Counted from the first letter of the stretch, positions 12,971-26,377 are shown. The stretch is DNA of 64,000 nucleotides from Eledone cirrhosa (GCA_964016885.1 OZ024743.1:202864001-202928000), one strand, 5' to 3'. Notes: generated by a model from the sequence alone, not told the origin. Numbers and translations are program-made.

Positions 12971-13142
12971 ATTACTGGCGGCAATGAGTGGAGAGCGAGG
13001 AGATCAACACTTTTGTACTTGTTTATTTATTTGTATTTAACTAACAAGTTGTTTAAACCTATTGTAAAATAGACAACAGCCAACAACAAAAAGTATACAT
13101 TAAAAAAAAAGAAAACTACAACTACTATTTTTATTTTTATTT

Positions 13143-13300
13143 ATAATTGTTTTTACTTTTGGCACAAGGCCAACAATTATCACAGTACATTACTGGTACT
13201 TTATTTTATCGACCCTGTAAGGATGAAAGGCAAAGTGAACCTCGGCGGGATTTGAACTAAAGCCATAAAGGGGCGTAACTCTATGCTGCAAAGCATGTTT
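13143..13300 (-). mobile_element. tRNA-derived SINE (5'-truncated)
   Basis: Matches 51174-51364. Confidence 0.85.
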
Positions 13301-13789
13301 TGATTTATAATGCCACTTCCTGCACATCAATCTATAGGGGTAACTTCGTGACGTACTGTGTGACACGGGCATTTAAGCCTGATAGAGCCAGCTTTTCTCA
13401 TGATATGAATATGAGAGATTTCTTTCAAAAAAATAGAAAGGGAGAGAGAGAGAGTGGGTGAAATTTAAAGGAAGAATCGATACCAGTATTGGTCGATACC
13501 CGTTATTTATCGACCTTGAAACGATGAATATCAAAGTTGGCCTCGGTGGGATATGAAATCAAAGCCCAGAGAGCCGGAACGAATGAAGCAAAGCACACTA
13601 GCTAATGATTGTACAACGTGAAATAGAGTGTTTACCATCAAAATACAATAGTAAATATAGAGTAATGTAAACGCTAAAGGATTAAATACTTTCTTGAGTA
13701 TAGAGATTATCATCTGTTTCTTATATCATTGATGCCTGAACTAGTACAGGGCAATATAATGAACTCTATCGATAATGAACACAGCCACA

Positions 13790-13910
13790 AGGATATGGTC
13801 CGAACGTGGAAGAGCCGAACTCCCACTGTCATCACCTCCATCTCTCTGTATGGTGAGCAAATGGGGTCCCACGTGCTGGCCTCCCCACAGCCCCGGCGGA
13901 CAGAATGTGG
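13790..13910 (-). mobile_element. CRE-like LINE 3' UTR fragment
   Basis: Reverse complement resembles 12510-12625. Confidence 0.65.
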
Positions 13911-14545
13911 CCTTATAGTGTTTATGTGTATATGTGTCGGAACAAACTGATCGTAAAATTAGTTTGCTAGTGTCTGAGCATTTCACAGACACGTGACCAA
14001 TTAACGTAGTTCTTAAGGAGATTGAGTGTGACACAAAATGTGAGAAGTCTGGCTGAGTTTGTTAGAGTAACGAGAAATAAAGTTTCTAGCTAGGAACTCT
14101 CAGCATAAGTGGGAATTGAAATCACGAACATACGATCACAAGACGAACTCCATATCCTCTAAGCTACATGCATTCATAGGCACATACACATACACAGATA
14201 CATGCACACACTGCTGCATACATATATACATATTAGTGCAGAAGAAATATTGAAGTTAATTATATCATTGATGATGAATATAACGTTTAAATTCCATATA
14301 CAGAGGTCGTTAGGTGTAAATAAAATTGTTAATCTAAAATTTATTTCAAGGAAACATAAATCCGTTATGGATTTATCTCTTTATTTCTTAACTTTTGACT
14401 TCCATGATATATATCTCAGTATTGTAGAAGTCTTCCTTATTAACCTCCCTGTTATTTGTTGAAAACGAACGGAGAGAAAACAAGAGAACAACACCATTTT
14501 AACTACATTTATTTAAATATATATATATATTATATTTATATATCA

Positions 14546-14633
<88 letters not shown>

Positions 14634-14785
14634 AAAATAATCGCTGCTTCATTTTAGTGTTCAAATTTATTATTATTACTATATATATATATGAGTGTAT
14701 GTGTGTGTCTGTGTGTGTATGTGCGCGGTGTGTGTCTGCGTGTGACCGTATAAGAACATATATATATGAATAAAGGTATATATGG

Positions 14786-14870
<85 letters not shown>

Positions 14871-15265
14871 TATTTTACTACTACTACTACTGAATGTTTT
14901 CAATATATCTCTGGAGATGCATGTTTGTATTAACTTAATGAACAATAAGAGAGATTATATGAGAGCAAATACAATTATTTAACAAAGCATTCTGTACAAA
15001 ATACATCAAAGCCAAAAACATTGTTTTAAAGATACAATAATATGAACATTTAATACATGCTTTCTCTCAAGGTTTAGGTTCAACGGAGATAACATAATTG
15101 TATTTACTTGATATCTTTCAAATAGCTGTTCGCCTTTTTCGAATGCGAACATTATATCATTATAATTGGGAAACCAAAACAACAAAACAACAACCCTCTG
15201 TCTTACTCTTTCTGCCACCCTCATATATATACACACACATACACACACACGCATATATATATATG

Positions 15266-15318
<53 letters not shown>

Positions 15319-15323
<5 letters not shown>

Positions 15324-16742
15324 AACCGGTAAGACCCCGACGGCTGAGCTCAAGCCGTTTCGACGGCTAATTCTGGACTAAATGAAAATTTATCCTGGTA
15401 TTTAAATAGCCGATCTTCTCAAGGGGTAATTCCATATATGGTCAAAGCGATTGTCAAAAGTCAGTAGTAATTCTGTGATTGCAAATTAGTAGGGGAGATG
15501 GTGGCTAAACCTGCCAGTAGGAGAAAGAGGGGATGGGGTGGAGTAGACCCAATCAAGCGTTGGTGGTGCCAGCTACAGCTGGGCATGAGGTCAAAGAAGA
15601 TACTGGGGAGGGGGAGGGGGAGGAGGTCGGAACGGTAGGTAGAACAATGAGGGGTAAAAATATATATGAAAGAAAAAATACTGAGAGTGAAGAAAAGCGA
15701 ATAAGTGTAAAGAAACGTGTAAAGCAAGTTCTACGACCTAAGTCTCTAGCTATTGTTAGGCTAGATAAATAAATAAAGAAAGAAAGAAAGAAGTAAAGAA
15801 AGAAAGAAAGAAATAACGAAATAAGTAAATAAGTAAATGAACTGGGTGGGACGGAATAGGCAAGGACCCTTTTAAGAGGTATAAGTACGTAAATCATACG
15901 GTGACGGGTCAACAAATGGGGCCAAAGTACTAAAGAGACTACTACGAAATAAATAATAAAGGTTTCTATCCCGGGCACAATGCCAGCAACCACCCAGTGC
16001 AGCAAAGTAAACTAGTACGAGATAATAATTCTGAGTCCCGAAAAAAATATATACTAATGCTAACTCTAAAAGATATTATACAAGCTACATGAAACTTCGT
16101 ACGAAGTAAAGGTAGAATACGGAAAAATAAATTCAGAATCCACCCCGCCCAAAAGAAAAGCGAAGAAAGAAATACGGAAACGAGAAAAAGGCATAAGTGC
16201 CACTAAGAAATATAGAATGCACGGAAAATAGTGGGAGCGGTCGGAAAAGGGGGCAAGTATCCGGGGTCAAAACCAACTGCTATAAAAAGCGGAGTCCGCC
16301 AAATCTATCATAGACTAGGGGAGAGGGTGGGGGTACTAAGGCTACAAGGGGCCAAAGGGCAGCCTCGGGTGGGCGAGAAAAGACGCCGACAAAGAAGAAG
16401 AGCTGGGGTAGAAGGACTAAGGAGGGATGGGGGGAAGGAAATAAAGGAAGCGATAAAAGAATAAAAAGAAGATCTTACGTCTCCCTTGGCAAGGAGGGGT
16501 AACCCATTGCAAAATCGGCAAGTGGGGTGTTATAGCCCTAGTCTACCCCCACCCCCCGAGTCATTATGGGGTTTGAGGGCGAGATAAGTCCTAGCAATCT
16601 ATGTTTACATACAGTAACCAGTTCATCTTTCTTGTTTAGGAGTTGGTCCGTCGAAAACAGCATTTGTAAAGTTTCCTCCGAGCATAAATTGCACGGACGG
16701 CGTCCTCCCGTGTAAGAATTGGCTCTGGACAGTAATCTCCAA
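15319..16742 (-). mobile_element. PLE family A copy: ORF C-terminus plus about 1.2-kb 3' UTR with HHR, lacking the tail
   Basis: Reverse complement of about 19153-20554 with modest divergence. Encodes [23 protein letters not shown]. Confidence 0.92.
15334..15427 (-). ncRNA. Variant hammerhead ribozyme (U3:A8 core)
   Basis: Same fold as 20446-20539. Stem III is fully Watson-Crick here (ACGGCU/AGCCGU). Confidence 0.75.
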
Positions 16743-16744
16743 TC

Positions 16745-16792
<48 letters not shown>

Positions 16793-16813
16793 TATAATTA
16801 CACACACACACTC

Positions 16814-16851
<38 letters not shown>

Positions 16852-16864
16852 GTATATATATAAA

Positions 16865-17066
16865 TATAGAGGATAAAGTATGACCCCGACAGCAGAGCTC
16901 ATGCTTTATGCATATATTTATAAGTGCTGAATTCATAAATAGCCGTCGAAACGGCTTAAGCTCTGCCGTCGTGGTCATACTTTCTCCTATTACCCATTCC
17001 ACTACCCTAAGTATTGAGTACTCTGGTGCGTTATTGTCCATCTGGTTCCTTACCACAACTCCTTCG

Positions 17067-17068
<2 letters not shown>
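16865..17068 (+). mobile_element. Family A-related mini-element (short inverted arm, HHR 3' half, tail)
   Basis: tagccgtcgaaacggcttaagctctgccgtc..tccttcgtt(at)n. Confidence 0.8.
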
Positions 17069-17130
<62 letters not shown>

Positions 17131-17165
17131 ATATATATATATATATATATATAGGAACCAGTAAG

Positions 17166-17259
17166 ACCCCGACAGCTGAGCTCAAGCCGTTTCGACGGCT
17201 AATTCTGGACTAAATGAAAATTTATCCTGGTATTTAAATAGCCGATCTTCTCAAGGGGT
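17166..17259 (-). ncRNA. Variant hammerhead ribozyme in the inverted pLTR arm
   Basis: Reverse complement of 20446-20539. Confidence 0.75.
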
Positions 17260-17908
17260 AATTCCATATATGGTCAAAGTGATTGTCAAAAATCAGTAGT
17301 AATTCTGTGGTTGCAAATTAGTAGGGGAGATGGTGGCTAAACCTGCCAGTAGGAGAAAGAGGGGAGGGGGTGGAGTAGACCCAATCAAGCGTTGGTAGTG
17401 CCAGCCACAGCTGGGCATGAGGTCAAAGAAGATACAGGGGAGGGGGAGGGGGAGGAAGTCGGAACGGTAGGTAGAACAATAGGGGGTAGAAATAGGAAAG
17501 AAAAAATACTGAGAGTGAAGAAAGGCAAATAAGTGTAAAGAAAAAAGTAAAGTAAATTAAATTCAACGACCTAGGTGTCAGGCTATTGTTAGGCGAGAAT
17601 AAAATAAAGAAAGAAAGAAAGAAGTAAATAAATAAATAAATAAATAAATAAGGAAATAAGTAAGAGAACTAGGTGGGACGAATAAGGCAAGGACCCTTTT
17701 AAGAGGTATAAGTACGTAAATGATACGGTGACGGGTCAACAAAAGGGGCCAAAATACTAAAGAGACTACCACGAAATAAACAATAAGGGTTTCCATCCCG
17801 GGCCAGCAACGACCCAGTGCAGCAAAGTGAACTTGTACGAGATAATAATTCTGAGTCCCGAGAAAAATATATACTAATGCTAACTCTAAAAGATCTAAAA
17901 CAAGCTAC

Positions 17909-19348
17909 ATGATAAATATGGAGGATAAACGAGAAACTAAATTCATACAGTTCGACATAGAGAGCTACTATGCTTCAATCACCTTACCGCTACTTACTGC
18001 CGCCTTGGACTTCGCCGAAACACTCGTGCCCATCACCGACCAGGAAAGAAAAATCATCCTCCACGCCAGGAAGACAGTCTTACTCTTTGACAACTCTAAA
18101 TGGATAAAAAGAGCTCCCGACTCACCCTTCGAGGTCAGCATGGGCGCCACGGATTCGGCGGAGGTCACTGATCTTATAGGATTATTCCTAATAGCCAAAC
18201 TCACTGATATGTTTCCTGCATTCGGTGGTGGATTGTACCGTGATGATGGGCTCCTTACCCTTAAAGGGTACAACCCCAGTAGTACAGATCGGGTCCGGAA
18301 ACAATTAATCAGATTCTTCCGCGACTGGGGATTTAAAATAACCCTACAAACGTCCCTGACCCGAGTAAACTTTCTGGACGTAACCCTCGACCTCGAAAAC
18401 GACCTGTACTACCCATACAGGAAACCTAATGACAATCTGCACTACATCCACCGCCGATCAAACCATCCTAGGAACATCACAAACAACCTGGTCAAAAACA
18501 TCTCCCTCCGCATATCCCTTTTGTCAGCTAATGAGCGGATATTCGATGAACATGCGCCTTATTACAATCAGGCCCTCAAGCGGAGTGGTTTCCGGGAGGA
18601 AATATCCTACTGTCCAGCTCCCATTAGCGGAACCAGCAGGAGACACCGCCGCTCACGCAATGTAACATGGTTCAATCCTCCCCACAACGCAGAGGTGACT
18701 ACTCCCATCGGGAAACTATTCTTTAGGCTCATTGAAAAACACTTCCCATTACAACACCGCTACCACAACATAATTAACAAAAATACCATCAAACTCTCTT
18801 ACAGCACTACACCAAACTTCGCACAAAACATCGTCTCCTCTAACAACAAAAAACTCAACCCCGATGGCAGAAATAACCTAATTAGCAGTGGAGAACCGAC
18901 CAGGAGGTGTAACTGCCCGGATAGATCTATTTGCCCACTCGACAATAGATGCAGAGACCGTAATGTGATCTACCAGTGCAACGTGAGGACGGATACCTCC
19001 AACAAAGCCTATATAGGACTTACCGCATGTGACTTCAAGACCCGGCTATACCAACATAGACATACCTTCCGAAACCCGGCCCGGCGTCACGCCACTACAC
19101 TTTCGGGACACATATGGGACCTCAAGGACAACAACATCACCTATGATCTCACTTGGAGATTACTGTCTAGAGCCAATTCTTACACGGGAGGACGCCGTCC
19201 GTGCAATTTATGCTCGGAGGAAACTTTACAAATGCTGTTTTCGACGGACCAACTCCTAAACAAGAAAGATGAACTGGTTACTGCATGTAAACATAGATTG
19301 CGTAGGACTTACCTCGCCCTCAAAACCCATAATGACCCGGGGGGGTAG
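17909..19348 (+). CDS. PLE RT (from motif A) plus Zn-linker plus GIY-YIG endonuclease, N-terminally truncated
   Basis: FDIESYY, VSMGATDSAEVTDLIG, YRDDGL, VNFLDVTL, YIHRRSNHP, WFNPP, CNC..CPLDNRC and NVIYQC..YIGLTACDFKTRLYQH. Confidence 0.95.
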   Translation: MINMEDKRETKFIQFDIESYYASITLPLLTAALDFAETLVPITDQERKIILHARKTVLLFDNSKWIKRAPDSPFEVSMGATDSAEVTDLIGLFLIAKLTDMFPAFGGGLYRDDGLLTLKGYNPSSTDRVRKQLIRFFRDWGFKITLQTSLTRVNFLDVTLDLENDLYYPYRKPNDNLHYIHRRSNHPRNITNNLVKNISLRISLLSANERIFDEHAPYYNQALKRSGFREEISYCPAPISGTSRRHRRSRNVTWFNPPHNAEVTTPIGKLFFRLIEKHFPLQHRYHNIINKNTIKLSYSTTPNFAQNIVSSNNKKLNPDGRNNLISSGEPTRRCNCPDRSICPLDNRCRDRNVIYQCNVRTDTSNKAYIGLTACDFKTRLYQHRHTFRNPARRHATTLSGHIWDLKDNNITYDLTWRLLSRANSYTGGRRPCNLCSEETLQMLFSTDQLLNKKDELVTACKHRLRRTYLALKTHNDPGG

Positions 19349-20445
19349 ACTAGGGCTATAACACCCCAGTTGCCGATTTTGCAATGGGTAACCCCTGCTT
19401 GCCAAGGAAGACGTAAGATCTTCTTTGTATTCTTTTATCGCTTCCTTTATTTCCTTCCCCCCTCTCTCCTTTGTCCTTCTACCCCAGCTCTTCTCCTTTG
19501 TCGGCGTCTTTTCTCGCCCACCCGAGGCTGCCCTTTGGCCCCATGTAGCCTTAGTACCCCCCCCCTAGTCTTTGATAGATTTGGCGGACTCCGCCCTTTA
19601 TAACAGTTGGCTTAGCCCCCGGATACTTTCCCCCTTTTTCCGACCGCTCCCACTATTCTCTGTGCCCTCTATATTTCTTAGTGGCACTTATGCCTTATTT
19701 TTTCGTTTCAGTATTTCTTGCTTCGCTTTTCTTCTGGGCGGGGTGGATTCTGAATTTATTTCTCCGTATTCTACCTTTATTTCGTACGAACTTTCATGTA
19801 GCTTGTTTTAGATCTTTTAGAGTTAGCATTAGTATATATTTTTCTCGGGACTCAGAATTATTATCTCGTACAAGTTCACTTTGCTGCACTGGGTCGTTGC
19901 TGGCCCGGGATGGAAACCTTTATTGTTTATTTCGTGGTAGTCTCTTTAGTATTTTGGCCCCTTTTGTTGACCCGTCACCGTATCATTTACGTACTTATAC
20001 CTCTTAAAAGGGTCCCTGCCTAATCCGTCCCACCTAGTTCTCTTACTTATTTCCTTATTTATTTATTTATTTATTTATTTACTTCTTTCTTTCTTTATTT
20101 ATTTTATTCTCGCCTAACAATAGCCTGACACCTAGGTCGTTGAATTTAATTTACTTTACTTTTTTCTTTACACTTATTTGCCTTTCTTCACTCTCAGTAT
20201 TTTTTCTTTCCTATTTCTACCCCCTATTGTTCTACCTACCGTTCCGACTTCCTCCCCCTCCCCCTCCCCTGTATCTTCTTTGACCTCATGCCCAGCTGTA
20301 GCTGGCACTACCAACGCTTGATTGGGTCTACTCCACCCCTCCCCTCTTTCTCCTACTGGCAGGTTTAGCCACCATCTCCCCTACTAATTTGCAACCACAG
20401 AATTACTACTGATTTTTGACAATCACTTTGACCATATATGGAATT

Positions 20446-20539
20446 ACCCCTTGAGAAGATCGGCTATTTAAATACCAGGATAAATTTTCATTTAGTCCAG
20501 AATTAGCCGTCGAAACGGCTTGAGCTCAGCTGTCGGGGT
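20446..20539 (+). ncRNA. Type I hammerhead ribozyme with U3:A8 covariant core and 37-nt loop II
   Basis: ACCCC-UUGAGAA-GAuCGGCUA(37 nt)UAGCCGUC-GAA-ACGGCU(ugagcuc)AGCUGU-C^GGGGU. Confidence 0.8.
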
Positions 20540-20630
20540 CTTACTGGTTCCTATTACCCACTCTACTACCTCAAGTATTGAGTACTTTGGTGCGTTATGG
20601 TCCACCTGGTTCCTTACCACATTTCCTTCG

Positions 20631-20702
<72 letters not shown>

Positions 20703-21045
20703 GTATCTGTGTGTGTAATTATATATATGTACAGACATACAGACACGCATACATATATACATACTGTATATGTGGGGGTGAGAGCGAAACAGTTTAAGAG
20801 ATTGGGTGGTTGTGTTTAGTATTTGTATGTATGTATATATCTATGTATATATGTATGTGTGTGTGTGTATGTATGTATGTGTGTATGTATGCATGTATGA
20901 CTAGAAGCAGCGGATTGGCAGAGTTAGTTGGACTCCATTATAGAAAGCATGGTTGATGATGATATAAAGACCAGGTAATATGCAATGCGAATATGTTCAT
21001 ATATCATATGATTGTACATTCATACATACATACATTCATACATAC

Positions 21046-21148
<103 letters not shown>

Positions 21149-21831
21149 TGTGTGCGTGTGTATATCGATATATATACATGCATATATATAGAGAGAGATA
21201 AATTGTTAGATAGATAGATGTATACACACACACATACACACACACACATACACACATACACACACACATATATATATATATATACAGATGCATGTGTGTT
21301 TATGTATGTATGTGTTTATGTTTGTTGTGCAATGAAAACAAAAGGTGAAATTTAGTGCTTAATTATTTCATTGTGTTACAATCGTTTCAGAAGATTAATT
21401 GATCATGACTAATTAACATAATGAATACTAGTTATTGACATAACCGATACTAGTTAAGTCCCTCCATATTATTACTTTCGATAATATATGTCTTTCTTTC
21501 CTTCATGAATACGCTGCGGTGAATCTATAGTAGCGAGACGAATAATAAGTAGTTATATAACTACTATTGATTAGTCATTATACTGATATATTTTGATCAA
21601 TCAATGTTCTGAAACAATGAACTAATAAGAACAAAATGTTGCCTTTTGTTTTCATTGATCAACATATGTATATGACACTGTAGATTTTTTGACTTCTGAA
21701 CTAAATCTAATATGATGAAAGTATGCTACAAATATGATGACTCTCACCACCTATTCTCGTTCTAATTATTAATTGTGTACTATATGAATTCTCAAAGCGT
21801 CATTGGTCTTAACATGTAAAAGTTGATACCA

Positions 21832-21997
<166 letters not shown>

Positions 21998-22030
21998 GTT
22001 AAATTAACAGATTAAACTTTAAGCAAAGAA

Positions 22031-23398
22031 AGGAAAAAAAGCGAGGCGTGCGGTCCATACTCCGCCAGGTTTAGGTGACCCCCAAAGAGGATGTCCTCAT
22101 CCTCGGCTCACCGATCCACCCCTGGCCATCTACTCCACCATCAGGTCCAGGGTGAACAGCTCCAGACTCACGAGCCGACAGGGATTGATTGACGGCCACC
22201 CAGCTATCTTTCTGCTGAGGAACTGCTTCGCCATGCCGAAGCTCCTCTATACACTCCGCCACGCTCAATGCTACACCCAGACATCTCTCCTCGCTGACCT
22301 CGATACTTGTATCCGAGCAGCAGCCGAGGGGATATGCAACGTCAAGTTTGACGATATAGGGTGGCAACAGGCCACTTTACCGGTCAGGTATGGCGGCCTA
22401 GGCCTCCGATCCCTTGATCTCGCTAGCTTTGCCGGCGTATCTTTCGTCGGTAACCTCGGGCCGCGTCCTCGTCAGCATGTTTCTTCAAAACACAACAGAA
22501 CCCTCTGTGTTCAGAGAACGTAAGGCCGCCTGTGAGACGTGGGACCGGCTGGGACTTAGCCCAGTACACTTCCCTCCTCCTTATTCCCCTATTGAAGTCC
22601 CCCCAACGCACTTGGGATGCCATCCAGTGCAGCCTGGCCTCAGACAGGCTCACGTGCCAGCTCGTCCAGCACCGCCTTGCTTGTTTTCGTGCGGCCTCCA
22701 AACCCCACAGTGGTGTCTGGTTCCATGCTCTACCCTCCTTCTCCACTGGCACGCAGCTAGACAACCATAGCCTGCGAATCGGCGTTTCCCTGAGTCTCGG
22801 CCTCCGAATCTGCCAGCCACACCAATGTCGCTGCGGTTCCACCGTGGACTCTTTCAGCCTCCACCCGCTTTCCTGTCGCCACAGTACCGGCCGCATTCCA
22901 CACCATACTGCCCTCAACGAGGTAATTAAGCATGGCTTGGACGCTGCAGGCTTCCCTTCCCAGCTCGAGCCGGTGGGGCTGGATCGAGGGGACGGCAAAA
23001 GGCCAGATGGCATGACCAATTTCCCGTTCCGCGGTGGCAAACCCCTCGTCTGGGATGCCACTTGCACCGACACATTCTGCAGCCGCAACCTGGTGCAGTC
23101 TGCGACTGACCCAGGTTCTGCTGCACCTCGAGCTGAGGGGGCCAAACTCCTCAAATACCTGTCGCTCTCCGACAGGTTTGCGGTCGTTCCCCTGGCAGTG
23201 GAAACGTCTGGTGTCCTCGGCCCCAGGGCTACCTCCTTACTCACCACCATAGGCGCTGAGCTGGCCAGCCGCAGGTGTGAGCCCCGCGAGTTGGAGTGGC
23301 TTTTCCAGCGCGTCTCCCTTGCCGTCCTCCGGGGAAACGCCTTCTCCATTCTGTCCGCCGGGGCTGTGAGTGGGCCACATCGCGTACCAATACATTAG
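22031..23398 (+). mobile_element. 5'-truncated CRE-clade non-LTR retrotransposon (RT thumb, Zn knuckle, RLE endonuclease), frameshifted
   Basis: QATLPVRYGGLGLRS, CRCG..HPLSC, KRPDG..LVWDAT, VPLAVETSGVLG and QRVSLAVLRGNA. Confidence 0.9.
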
Positions 23399-23791
23399 TT
23401 AAATACCATTCTTTCATCGATGTTCAATGGTATAACTGAAGTCGTAGACTAAAATGTTTGTGTCTTCTTTCTTTAGATTACAATTAGTTTTGTTTTGTGT
23501 TTTCGTTTTGAAGAAAGAAATTAATTTATTGCACTTTTAGCCTTCTTTTCATTAGTTGTTCTCATGTCTATTTTTATTGCTTCGCACACATAATAATTTG
23601 GAATTTATAACAGAAGATTCTTCCAGTCTAAGAATACGTCATTATGTGGAACGATGAGAACAGTTTGACGTTTTTTTTTTCGTTCATTGCCCGGGAACGT
23701 TTTCACGAACCAAAGTATCGCTTTCCTGTTTTCCTTCGGTTGCAACATTTTTTGAAATATTTATTTCGCGTCCACAGATTGATTTTCTTTT

Positions 23792-23950
23792 AGTTTCAGA
23801 AGATCCCGTTAAAGGAGAAAGCAGCGATTCTTTGCTGAAACTTAAATCTGTTATTTTAATAAATATTTGCTCTATACTTATATATATATATATATATTAT
23901 CCCTATCGATCCCTCTTCGGATTTTAGTCTTCACATTTATTATTATTACT
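23792..23950 (+). mobile_element. PLE family B 3' end with HHR-like motif (23792-23842) and tail
   Basis: AGUUU-CAGAAGA-UCC..GGA-GAA-AGCA..UGCU-G-AAACU. The tail is shared with 290-362 and 650-722. Confidence 0.65.
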
Positions 23951-24271
23951 ATATATATATATATATATTTAAAAGGTAAGCAGAAATAACAACGCAATCA
24001 TATCCAGGGAATGTAACGTGAAGTTAATGTAGGTTCACCCAGGTGAGCACTCGATGTTTAGGTTCACGTCTGTAGCGATGTGTGACGATGTCCGACGAGC
24101 TTTTGATTCTAGAGTCGTGCCAGATCGATACAGATCGAACCATGAGCTAATTAATAGCGAAATGCGCGTCACCAATCAATAAACGTAATGAAGGCTTAAC
24201 AAATCGCCCTTGTATTATATATATATATATACATAAAGAGATAGATATAGAGAGAGATATAGTGAGAGAGA

Positions 24272-24307
<36 letters not shown>

Positions 24308-24508
24308 TTTGCGTGTATAAGTATTTTTGAATGAGTTTGTAGAACAGATAAAGAAAACTAAGTGCTCTATGAATTATATAGAGATGGAATATTATAGTAT
24401 AGTTATCTTTGATAAATTTGATTTGCTACCATTAGCTTCTCATCCAGCATATGGTTTAGACTGATGGTTTGCACAACCGCATGCGACGAGACATTCTTAA
24501 GATAACTA

Positions 24509-24543
<35 letters not shown>

Positions 24544-24562
24544 CTATATATATATACATTTT

Positions 24563-24751
24563 ATTAATTGTTTCTACTTTTGGCACAAGGCCAGCAATTA
24601 CCTCAGTACATTACTAGTACTTTATTTTATCGACCCCGTAAGGATGAAAGGCAAATTTAAACTCGTCGAGATTTGAACTCAGACCATAAAGTGCCGTAAC
24701 TCTGTGCTACAAAGCATGGCGTCCGACCCTCTACCGATACTGCCAATCCAC
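24563..24751 (-). mobile_element. tRNA-derived SINE
   Basis: A box TGGCAGTATCGG, B box GAGTTCAAATC, and a conserved central gcctttcatccttacggggtcgataaaat. Confidence 0.9.
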
Positions 24752-25360
24752 AATAATGCTTTAGACTTGACGACTAATGCCATCAATTTGAACTTGACGG
24801 CAAAGTCGATCAAATCGACGCCTCTACGTGACAGGCGCTTTATTTTATAAAAACTGGATAGGTAACGTTGAAAGGTAACGTTGACTTGAATGGAATTTAA
24901 ATTGTTACGAAGAGTAACAAGTAATAGTTTCTAAATTTGGCCAGGTATTTTGGGGGGAAGGAAATGGCTACTTAAATTTATTCCAATCCAGGAGGAGGAA
25001 GGACAATTTTTAACTAGGCGGGATTTGAATTCAGAACGTAGGCGGCCGTCAATAGATGGCACGAGATATGATTTCCGATTAGCTAACAAATCTGGCATTT
25101 CATAGACCTTAGCCAAAGTAACAATAACAGCTCAAATATTTAATTATCTCCATTACTTAGTATTCATAGCTATAAAGACAGGTATGTATGTTTTATGAAG
25201 GCACTTATTTTGATGATAAAGAGAGGGATGATTATAGAGTTGTCAATACGTTGAACAACAAATAAACATAAATATTTTCAACTAAAATGTTTATGTATTA
25301 TGATGTTTAGAAAGCGATGAATTAGGCACAACATGACCTATATATATTTACATATATGAA

Positions 25361-25513
<153 letters not shown>

Positions 25514-25554
25514 CTGACTGAATACACTAGTGGTTTTTCTTTTTTTATCGGTTG

Positions 25555-26020
25555 GGGGTCAGCTCATTCATCTTCTCAAAGAACACTTCAACACACAATG
25601 ACATTTACAAGCGCAGAAACGCCAACAAAATTATAACAGTCAATATTAAAGCCACGGACAGAAAAGTTGGCAATTTAAGAATAAAGGAAACCACGCTTAT
25701 ACGTAGGTTCGGCATACAAATCAATAACAGGATGGAACTCAACACACAATACTTGACATAAAAAAACACACCGACACACGCACACACAACCTAAACACAA
25801 CAAATTACATGAGAAATTCGATTCCATGAAATAATACATACGTCGACTGACGCCATCCTTCATCTTCTCGTGAATTCTCAAGCAAACATAAATGACGCTT
25901 GAAATCGTTTTATACATTTTAAACTTAAATCTAATTTCAAAGCGAATAGACCGGAATATGTTTGGCTGAGGGTTCCCATACTCTGACGAAGGAAATGTTA
26001 AGTACCAAAATAGTAGGACA
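25555..26020 (+). mobile_element. PLE 3' fragment (GIY-YIG C-terminus plus UTR with decayed HHR near 25983)
   Basis: VNIKATD..LRIKETTLIRRFGIQINNRMEL, followed by CTGACGAAGG in the UTR. Confidence 0.55.
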
Positions 26021-26324
26021 AAAAGAAAACGAAAAAAAAAATAATGTTTACCAGGTAACTAAGTGTTTCGTTGCCTTCATCTTAGTATCTATTTTGCATT
26101 GATTTAGTCCTCTAACATATATCACTTTTCATATTAAATATTATATACAATGTTTCAAGCGATCTACAGCATTCTTATATATATATATGTATATATATAT
26201 ATCATCATCACGATGATGATGATAATGAGGATATATATATACATACACTTACTCTATACTTATACCCGATATGTATATATATAACACACGCAATCAATCA
26301 TATATATATATATAAGTTTATAAG

Positions 26325-26377
<53 letters not shown>

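Larger units (their letters stand above)
17151..20632 (+). mobile_element. Young Penelope-like element, family A (Neptune-like): inverted 5' pLTR arm, 5'-truncated ORF, 3' UTR/pLTR, 78-nt tail
   Basis: 17151-17912 is a near-identical inverted copy of 19794-20554. The ORF is uninterrupted. (TA)n on both sides. Confidence 0.95.

Noticed and set aside
22423-23349. 308-aa minus-strand ORF (and 35969-36634)
   Set aside because: Antisense shadow of the GC-rich CRE coding strand with no recognisable motifs.
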